NCBI GenBank assembly: GCA_030698565.1
Contig: JAUYJS010000008.1
Coordinates: 289,275 to 353,274, forward strand
Source: Candidatus Shapirobacteria bacterium
GTDB lineage: Bacteria; Patescibacteriota; Microgenomatia; UBA12405
DNA: 64,000 nucleotides
Direction: 5' to 3'
Position numbers and translations under genes: made by a program. Under the pieces are notes generated by a model, which worked only from the letters and a program-made list of their open reading frames with translations, searched no databases and had not been told where the DNA came from. This document shows positions 57,411-64,000 of this stretch, one piece after another. Position 1 is the first letter of the stretch, and each line of letters begins with the position of its first letter.

Positions 57411-57485
57411 TATTTTCACCCAAGAACATCAGTCTTTAGCTTTACTGTGTATTTAATTATTGTAAAACTAACGGACCAATGTCAT

Positions 57486-59258
57486 ATGTGTGGAATTTTT
57501 GCTTATAAAGGCTCCAGCTTAAACGCAGCCGATGTTATTTCTTCTGGTTTAAAACGATTGGAATATCGAGGATATGATTCGTGGGGTGTAGCTGTAATTA
57601 ATAACGGTTCTATTTTATTGAAGAAAGATATCGGAAAAATAGGGGATATAAATAAATTAGATCTACCAGTCAGTAAATTAGGTATCGGTCATACCCGCTG
57701 GGCTACCACCGGCGCCGTTACCCAAATTAATGCTCACCCGCACCTTTCTTCCGACCACTCTTTTGCCTTGGTCCAAAACGGTATTGTAGAAAACTTTGAA
57801 GAATTAAAAGAAGATTTAAAAAATAAAGGTTATAAATTTATTAGTCAAACCGACACCGAGGTAATCGTTCGCCTAATCGAAGAAGAAAAAAAAATCCACC
57901 CCGATTTAGTTGATGCAATTAAATCCGCATTTCTTAAATTAAAAGGCAGAAATACAATTGCTGTTTTAGACTCTAAAACAGAACAAATATTGGCTGTTCG
58001 CAATGGTTCTCCGTTAATTATTGGATTAAGTAAAAACAAAGACATATTTTTATCGTCCGATGCTCTATCCCTATCTTCTTTTGTTGATAAGATTATAGTT
58101 TTAGACAACGGCGAATTAGTAAAGATCGGATCTAAAATAGAAATTAAAAATATAAAAACTGGCAAAATAGTCCATAAAGACTGGGAAAAATTAACCTTTA
58201 AGGATGCAAATATAGACAAAGGTAAATATGATAATTATATGATTAAAGAAATTTGCGACACACCAGAAACAATCAACCAAGTAATTGTACAGGATGAAAA
58301 AAATATTCAAAATTTAGCCAAAGCCATTAAAGCTGCTCGTTATGTTTTTACAATTGGTTCCGGCACTGCTGGCAATGCCGCTGGCCAAATCGCTTTTTAT
58401 CTTCGCGAAATTGCCAAAATTCCGGCCATAAGTTTAATTGGTGCTGACGCCAAGGAATATTATGATTTATTTTCAGAAAAAGATCTTCTTATCGCTCCAT
58501 CTCAAAGCGGAGAAACAGCCGATGTTGTCGAGGTATTGGATATAGCCAAAGCCAAAGGATGTAAAATTGCCACTTATGTAAATATGCCTGGGAGTATGAT
58601 GAACCGTATGTCTGATTTTAAATTTTTAGCCAACGCCGGTCCGGAAATCTGTGTCATGTCGACCAAAATTTTTGTCTCGCAAGTCGCCTGGGGTTATTTA
58701 CTGGCCAAGACAACAGTTGGTCTGTACGAAGATGGAATTAATAATCTTTCGAAATTAGCGGCAGACATTAAAACTTATTTAGAAGAAGACACTTCTCACC
58801 AAGCCGCAAAAAAACTGGCTCAAAATTTAATAGAAATTAAAGACCTTTTTATATTAGGTAAATCCCAAAATTTTTATATTGCCAAAGAGGGCATGGTCAA
58901 AATAATTGAGGGCACATATAAACACGCCCACGCTATTCCCGCTGGCGATTTAAAACATTATGCTATTACATTAATAGAAAGAGGAGTGTATGCTTTAGCA
59001 CTTGTTTCCAACGACAGTTCCTTCTCTGAGATGTTTAATGTTGTCAATGAAATTAAATCTCGTGGTGGCAGTATTATTGGAATTTATCCAGAAAAATTAC
59101 CTGCTTTCGATTATTATTTAAAATCCCCATCTATTGGCGAAACCAGCGCCATCGGCAATATAATTCCTCTTCAACTTTTAGCCTATTATTTGGCTGTATT
59201 GTTGGGGAACAACGTCGACAAACCCAGAAACATCGCCAAATCAGTAACAGTGAAATAA
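57486..59258 (+). CDS. glmS: Glutamine--fructose-6-phosphate aminotransferase (true start at MCGIF; the ORF-track start at 57354 lies inside the leader RNA)
   Basis: MCGIFAYKG N-terminal nucleophile Cys, two SIS domains, C-terminal ...VDKPRNIAKSVTVK. Confidence 0.93.
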   Translation: MCGIFAYKGSSLNAADVISSGLKRLEYRGYDSWGVAVINNGSILLKKDIGKIGDINKLDLPVSKLGIGHTRWATTGAVTQINAHPHLSSDHSFALVQNGIVENFEELKEDLKNKGYKFISQTDTEVIVRLIEEEKKIHPDLVDAIKSAFLKLKGRNTIAVLDSKTEQILAVRNGSPLIIGLSKNKDIFLSSDALSLSSFVDKIIVLDNGELVKIGSKIEIKNIKTGKIVHKDWEKLTFKDANIDKGKYDNYMIKEICDTPETINQVIVQDEKNIQNLAKAIKAARYVFTIGSGTAGNAAGQIAFYLREIAKIPAISLIGADAKEYYDLFSEKDLLIAPSQSGETADVVEVLDIAKAKGCKIATYVNMPGSMMNRMSDFKFLANAGPEICVMSTKIFVSQVAWGYLLAKTTVGLYEDGINNLSKLAADIKTYLEEDTSHQAAKKLAQNLIEIKDLFILGKSQNFYIAKEGMVKIIEGTYKHAHAIPAGDLKHYAITLIERGVYALALVSNDSSFSEMFNVVNEIKSRGGSIIGIYPEKLPAFDYYLKSPSIGETSAIGNIIPLQLLAYYLAVLLGNNVDKPRNIAKSVTVK

Positions 59259-59261
59259 TAT

Positions 59262-60437
59262 TTAATTAATCAATTCATTCAATACTCTCCACCTTCGTTT
59301 CTTTTCTGCCTGAGGAATATCGTTGGGGTACATCTTTGCCGAAACAGTTCCTTTCCGTGGCGAGTATTTATTCAGGTAAGCAATTTCAAAATTGGCTTTT
59401 TTACAGACTTCAACCGTATTGTTAAATGCCTCTTCGTCTTCGCCTGGAAAACCAATTATTATATCAGTGCTAAACCGCACGTCCTTAACCTTGGCTCTAA
59501 TTTTTTTAATTAAATCCAAATATTCCTCTGCTGTATAACCCCGGTTCATTTTTTCCAAAATCTTATCGTCACCTGCTTGAAGTGGCAAATGCAGTAACTT
59601 ATTTATATTGGCATATTTGGCAATTACATCGATTAATTCGTCAGAAAAATCCCAAGGATTACTGCTCACAAAAGATATATTTTCCAAACCTTTTTTAGCC
59701 ACCTCTTCCAAAAGTACATGAAATAAACTTCTAATTCTCTTTTTTCCCATATGTACCCAACTTGAAGTTTTGTCATCAAAAGAGTGGTTTAAATCAGATC
59801 CATACGAATTGACATTTTGGCCAATCAACATTACTTTTTTAAACCCTTTTTTAATCACCCCGTCGACTTCTTTCAATATTTCTTCAAAACTTCTTGAAAC
59901 TTCCGGTCCTCGGGCAAAAGGAACAATGCAAAACGAGCAAAAATTACTGCATCCCGAACTAATTGGAATCAAGGCTGTTTCTTTACTATTCCTTAAAGGA
60001 TCAATTTGAAAACTAATTTTATCGATTGGCAAAAACTGATCGACTTCCGGAAAATTAATTTGTAGTTGTTTTAATTTCTTTCCCGTCTTATCTCTGTAAG
60101 CCGTTCCTGCCAAACACCCAGTTACAATGATCTTTATTTTTTTAACACCATGTTTAAAATTGCCCTTTTCAAGGGAAATGTCGCGAAGCGACAAAGGGTT
60201 TATTCTTTTATTCCATTTATTCACTTCATTTATCAACCCATACGCCCTATTTTCGGCAGATTCTCGCACAATACACGTATTGATAATAACCATATCAGAA
60301 TCCTTCCAATTGTCTGTTTCCGAAAACCCTTTTTCCCAATAATATGCTTTAACCCTTTCTGAATCAGCCGTATTTTGAATACAACCAAAAGTTCTTATAA
60401 ATATTTTTCCTTTTTTTTGCATTGACAATTTTATCAA
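59262..60437 (-). CDS. Radical-SAM methylthiotransferase (MiaB/RimO family), apparently without a TRAM domain
   Basis: MTTase N-terminal domain (FGCIQN, NTCIVRE) and a radical-SAM CSNFCSFC motif; 391 aa. It is convergent with glmS, with only 3 bp between the stop codons. Confidence 0.75.
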   Translation of the reverse strand: MIKLSMQKKGKIFIRTFGCIQNTADSERVKAYYWEKGFSETDNWKDSDMVIINTCIVRESAENRAYGLINEVNKWNKRINPLSLRDISLEKGNFKHGVKKIKIIVTGCLAGTAYRDKTGKKLKQLQINFPEVDQFLPIDKISFQIDPLRNSKETALIPISSGCSNFCSFCIVPFARGPEVSRSFEEILKEVDGVIKKGFKKVMLIGQNVNSYGSDLNHSFDDKTSSWVHMGKKRIRSLFHVLLEEVAKKGLENISFVSSNPWDFSDELIDVIAKYANINKLLHLPLQAGDDKILEKMNRGYTAEEYLDLIKKIRAKVKDVRFSTDIIIGFPGEDEEAFNNTVEVCKKANFEIAYLNKYSPRKGTVSAKMYPNDIPQAEKKRRWRVLNELIN

Positions 60438-60446
60438 ATCAAAACA

Positions 60447-61019
60447 GTGCTCACATCTTGGAGATATTTGACACCAATTTCCAATAATGAGATATTAAAT
60501 GTTATGGATACTCAACCGAACGATAATAATCAAAACAAAGACAATTATTCTGAATATAAAAACTTGTTGGATCAATATGCCTCTAATACTGACACCCAAG
60601 AACCTACCAGAGCACCACCCGCGCCACCATTTCCACCTACTCCAAATTATCCTCAAAAAACCCCAGATTCTACCAATATTTTTAAATATATATTTTTTGC
60701 TTCTTTAATAATATTTTTAGCCATCTACTCATTTATCGCTTTTACGTTAATTAAAAAACCTTCGACTACTAGCACTACTACTAATGCAACTCTCCCAACA
60801 TCGCCCGCCACACCTTCTCCCACGTCCATTCCTACCCAAGTATGTGCTCTGAATGATAAAAACTATGAAGTTGGGGAATCTTTTACTGCTGCTGACGGCT
60901 GCAACACTTGTACTTGTTCTGAAGATTTATCTATAAGTTGTACTGAAAAAGTCTGTCCGACAGCCAAACCAACTATCAAAACATCCACTCAATCAGCCGA
61001 AAAATCAGGCAACCTGTAG
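60447..61019 (+). CDS. Membrane-anchored PT-rich protein with a C-terminal cysteine-rich VWC-like module (true start probably MDTQPN near 60507)
   Basis: One TM (IFFASLIIFLAIYSFIAFTLI), a TTSTTTNATLPTSPATPSPT linker, then CALNDKNYEVGESFTAADGCNTCTCSEDLSISCTEKVC (the C..Y.VGE.F...DGC.TC.C....SC....C pattern). Confidence 0.5.
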   Translation: MLTSWRYLTPISNNEILNVMDTQPNDNNQNKDNYSEYKNLLDQYASNTDTQEPTRAPPAPPFPPTPNYPQKTPDSTNIFKYIFFASLIIFLAIYSFIAFTLIKKPSTTSTTTNATLPTSPATPSPTSIPTQVCALNDKNYEVGESFTAADGCNTCTCSEDLSISCTEKVCPTAKPTIKTSTQSAEKSGNL

Positions 61020-61065
61020 AAAATAAATTACAAAAAATTCCACAGTTTTACTTTAAAATTAACTG

Positions 61066-61094
61066 TTGACCTAATATTATCCTAGATATATAAT
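61066..61094 (+). promoter_or_regulatory. Sigma70-like promoter for rpoB (TTGACC, 17 nt, TATAAT) with a roughly 65-nt leader
   Basis: TTGACC at 61066-61071 and TATAAT at 61089-61094, read directly from the sequence. Confidence 0.4.
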
Positions 61095-61159
61095 ACCCAC
61101 ATTCGGTCGAGCAGTTGGAACATAACTCGCCCCTTTGCTTTAATAATTAAATTTGTTTA

Positions 61160-64000
61160 ATGCCTTCTGCAAAAAGAACCAATTGGGGTGAAAAATACCC
61201 AAACCTTCCTAAGTTAGACCTTATTCAAATTCAAAAAGAATCATGGCAAGAATTCCTAAAAAAAGAACTCATCGAAACTATTAAATCAATTTCTCCAATC
61301 AATGATTACACTGGAAACAATTGGGAACTCGAGCTTGGAGAAATTACCTACGAACCTATTAGCATAATTCCAGATATAGCCAAAAGAAAGGGCTTAAATT
61401 ATACAATCCCCGTCAAAATTAAAACTAAGTTAACCAACAAAAGAACCGGCGACATCAAAGAAGAAGAAGTATTTTTCCTAAATTTACCCACAATGACCGA
61501 AGAGGGTACCTTTATTATTAATGGTATCGAAAGAGGAGTCATTAACCAATTAGTCAGATCACCAGGTGTTTATTTTACTGGAGAAAGCGACCCGTCCACC
61601 GGTAAAACTCTTTACAATGCTGAAGTTAGACCAATTCGAGGTTCATGGCTCGAATTCTTCATCGGTAAAAAAGATGTAGTTTTTGCCCGAATCGATCGCA
61701 AAAAGAAGTTTCCTGCCACCGTAATTTTAAAAGCTGCTTGTCAAATGACCGACAAACAACTAATCGGCGAATTTTCTGATTTTATAAATCCTACAATTCA
61801 AGCTGATATTTCTAAAACCCCCGAAGAAGCAATATTGGAATTTTATCGTAAATTAAGACCAGGCGAACCTGTCGTTTTGGATAATGCTGAAAAGTTTTTT
61901 AACGAAAGATTTTTTGATTTAAGAACCTATGAAATCGGAAATGTTGGTCGTTACAAAATGAACAAAAAATTCGGTTTTAAATTTGATGACAGTAACAAAG
62001 AAAACTGGATTTTAAGAAAAGAAGATTTAATTGCTACCGTCAAATATTTAATTCAATTGCAAAAAGGCGAGAATACTCGTCTTGATGACATTGATAGCTT
62101 GGCAAATCGACGTTTACGTCGCTGTGGCGAAATCATTTCTCAAATCGCCATTCGTCCAGCTTTAGCTAGATTTGAAAGAATGGTTAAAGAGAGAATGAGT
62201 TTGATTTCTACCAAAGAAAAACCAACCCCAAGCCAAATGATCAATCCTCAACCGTTAATTTCGGCTCTAAACACTTTCTTTAGATCTAATCAATTATCGG
62301 CTATTTTGGATCAAACCAATCCTTTATCCGAACTTGATTTATTAAGAAGAGTTACTGTTGTCGGTATTGGTGGTTTAACTCGAGAGAGAGCCGCTTTCTC
62401 TATCCGCGACGTTCACAGTTCTCAATACGGTCGTATTTGTACTGTCCGTTCTCCAGAAGGTCCAAATATCGGCTTAGTTACTTACTTGGCTCTTTACGCT
62501 CAAGTAAATAAATATAGTTTCCTCGAAGCTCCTTTAAGAAAATTAGAAAAAGTCAAAGGTGGTTATAAACCATCTGATGATTATATTTATTTAGATGCTG
62601 ATGATGAATATGACCACAAAGTCACTCATTTGGGTGTAAAAAAAGATGCAAACGGTGTTATTACCCAAGAATGGGTTCCAATTCGTTATCGCGGTGAATT
62701 TGTTGAAGGTCCTATTGATTCGGTTGAATATATTGACTTAGTTCCCAATGAAATTGTCGGCGCCTCTGCTTCTTTAATTCCTTTCGTTGATCATGACGAT
62801 GCCACTAGAGCCCTAATGGGTTCCCACATGCAGACGCAAGCAGTCCCCTTAATTTCTCCAGAAGAACCAATTATTGGTACTGGCATGGAATCAACTATTG
62901 CCACATCTATGGGTAGAACTGTTCTAGCTAATCGTGATGGAAAAGTGGCCCATGTTGAAGGTGAAAAAATAATCATTACTTTAGATAAAAAAGCCGAAGC
63001 CGGTATCACTGAAAATAGTGTTATTAGCGATGACGGTAAAACTGAAACTTATTTTGTAACTAAATTTGAAAGAACTTCTCCTTATGGTACTTGCTACAAC
63101 CAAAAAGTAGTGGCCAACGTCGGCGACGTTATCAAAAAAGGTGATCTTTTAATTGACGGACCCTCTACTAGTAAGGGCGAACTATCTATTGGTCGAAACC
63201 TTTTGGTTGCTTATGCCTCTATTGACGGCTTATCTTACGAAGATTCATTTTTAATTTCCGACAGAATCGTCAAAGAAGATGTCCTAACAAATATTCAGAT
63301 TTATGAATATGCTGCCCCAGTAGTCGAAACCAAACTTGGTAGTGAAGAATTAACCAAAGATATTCCTAATGTTTCTGAAAATGAATTAAGTAAATTAACC
63401 GATGATGGTATCGTTATGATTGGCGCCACCGTTGGACCTAATGATATTCTGGTCGGAAAAGTTGAACCTAGGGGCGAAAAGGAATTATCAGCCGAAGAAA
63501 GACTATTGCGGGCCATTTTTGGAGAGAAAGCTCGTGAAGTCAAAGATACTTCGCTTCGTATTCCCAACGGAGAGGGCGGAGTTGTTATAAAAGTTGATAC
63601 TCTCGACAAAGACAAGGGTGACGAACTTGATCCTGGTGTTAATAAAGTAGTCAAAGTCTATGTTGCCCAAATTAGGCGAATTCAGGAAGGCGACAAAATT
63701 GCTGGACGCCATGGAAATAAAGGTGTAATCTGCCGTATTATGCCTCAATATGACATGCCGCGGTTAGCCGATGGTACCCCGATTGATTTAGTCATGTCCC
63801 CTTTATCTGTCATTGCCCGTATGAACTTGGGTCAAATTTTGGAAGCTACTTTGGCTTATGCTGGATATAAATTAAACAAAAAGTTTTCTGCTCCGGTATT
63901 TGAAAAATACCAAGAAGAAAGGTTTGAAACTGAATTAAAATCGGCTGGAATTAATCCGACTGGTAAAGCTCAATTATACGATGGTCGAACCGGTGAGCCT
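61160..64000 (+). CDS. rpoB: DNA-directed RNA polymerase subunit beta (5' partial; runs off the window end)
   Basis: Open frame of 947 codons to the window edge. It carries GGLTRERAAFSIRDVHSSQYGRICTVRSPEGPNIGLV and GDKIAGRHGNKGVI rpoB signatures. It is absent from the ORF track only because there is no stop in the window. Confidence 0.95.
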   Translation, partial: MPSAKRTNWGEKYPNLPKLDLIQIQKESWQEFLKKELIETIKSISPINDYTGNNWELELGEITYEPISIIPDIAKRKGLNYTIPVKIKTKLTNKRTGDIKEEEVFFLNLPTMTEEGTFIINGIERGVINQLVRSPGVYFTGESDPSTGKTLYNAEVRPIRGSWLEFFIGKKDVVFARIDRKKKFPATVILKAACQMTDKQLIGEFSDFINPTIQADISKTPEEAILEFYRKLRPGEPVVLDNAEKFFNERFFDLRTYEIGNVGRYKMNKKFGFKFDDSNKENWILRKEDLIATVKYLIQLQKGENTRLDDIDSLANRRLRRCGEIISQIAIRPALARFERMVKERMSLISTKEKPTPSQMINPQPLISALNTFFRSNQLSAILDQTNPLSELDLLRRVTVVGIGGLTRERAAFSIRDVHSSQYGRICTVRSPEGPNIGLVTYLALYAQVNKYSFLEAPLRKLEKVKGGYKPSDDYIYLDADDEYDHKVTHLGVKKDANGVITQEWVPIRYRGEFVEGPIDSVEYIDLVPNEIVGASASLIPFVDHDDATRALMGSHMQTQAVPLISPEEPIIGTGMESTIATSMGRTVLANRDGKVAHVEGEKIIITLDKKAEAGITENSVISDDGKTETYFVTKFERTSPYGTCYNQKVVANVGDVIKKGDLLIDGPSTSKGELSIGRNLLVAYASIDGLSYEDSFLISDRIVKEDVLTNIQIYEYAAPVVETKLGSEELTKDIPNVSENELSKLTDDGIVMIGATVGPNDILVGKVEPRGEKELSAEERLLRAIFGEKAREVKDTSLRIPNGEGGVVIKVDTLDKDKGDELDPGVNKVVKVYVAQIRRIQEGDKIAGRHGNKGVICRIMPQYDMPRLADGTPIDLVMSPLSVIARMNLGQILEATLAYAGYKLNKKFSAPVFEKYQEERFETELKSAGINPTGKAQLYDGRTGEP

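Noticed and set aside
57354-57485. ORF-track start of the glmS ORF at 57354 (MSFLKLWSN...)
   Set aside because: GlmS requires an N-terminal Met-Cys. The conserved MCGIFAYKG begins at 57486. The upstream extension is low-complexity and overlaps the structured leader RNA.
251-63748. Short minus-strand ORFs in the track (for example 251..481, 819..1016, 3397..3618, 5845..6072, 13764..13970, 17410..17616, 32256..32519, 48455..48793, 62791..63009, 63301..63654, 63503..63748) and short plus-strand alternative-frame ORFs inside genes
   Set aside because: All lie inside or antisense to long, homology-supported genes (pcrA, gatA, dnaK, ftsK, rpoB and others) and have low-complexity or repetitive translations. 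They are treated as spurious.
1-64000. tRNA, rRNA, tmRNA, RNase P and SRP RNA genes
   Set aside because: The intergenic regions (the longest are 217, 252, 247 and 319 nt) were inspected. None shows a cloverleaf acceptor/T-arm pattern (GTTCRANYC) or the conserved RNase P or SRP motifs.

Overview
The window is a 64-kb segment of a low-GC (about 35%), compact, almost entirely plus-strand-coded bacterial genome that uses the standard code (TGA stops gatB). Shortened core proteins (IF-2 482 aa, AlaRS 604 aa, Lon AAA+ module without protease), a sortase, an archaeal-type ProRS and Gram-positive-like regulation (hrcA/CIRCE, candidate glmS ribozyme) suggest a reduced-genome monoderm lineage (CPR/Patescibacteria-like). 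That placement is inference only.

Gene content, in order:
- a large membrane protein
- pcrA
- a FemAB-like aminoacyltransferase
- gatCAB
- two paralogous hypothetical proteins
- an AddA-like helicase-nuclease, dut and rmuC
- hrcA-grpE-dnaK-dnaJ
- RhuM
- a secreted repeat protein on the minus strand
- a roughly 13-kb cell-surface glycopolymer locus (UDP-sugar dehydrogenase-like, GT2, Wzx flippase, WecB-like epimerase, methyltransferase, AT-rich membrane protein, TagF-like, AsnB-like, TagD, two LytR_C-domain proteins)
- a DinD/Bro-N-like protein
- a GT-C-like membrane protein
- nusA-infB, a degenerate DHH-like protein, rpsO-pnp
- a Lon-like AAA+ protein and RNase J
- a REP-associated tyrosine transposase (RAYT) with its REP hairpin repeats
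- proS, ftsK, a RodZ-like protein, two small membrane proteins
- alaS, an actin-like/TM/ectodomain protein, a sortase
- ruvX, a zinc-ribbon protein, mltG
- a candidate glmS ribozyme and glmS
- a MiaB-like methylthiotransferase on the minus strand
- a cysteine-rich (VWC-like) membrane-anchored protein
- the 5' 2.8 kb of rpoB

The most interesting non-coding signals:
- A family of 26-28-bp palindromic REP elements with 5' GTAG, clustered at the RAYT gene. One copy sits in frame inside the RAYT ORF, one sits between dnaK and dnaJ, and a variant cluster overlaps the DinD-like start.
- A roughly 190-nt structured leader upstream of glmS resembling the glmS ribozyme.
- A degenerate CIRCE operator at hrcA.

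No CRISPR array, tRNA or rRNA gene was recognised.
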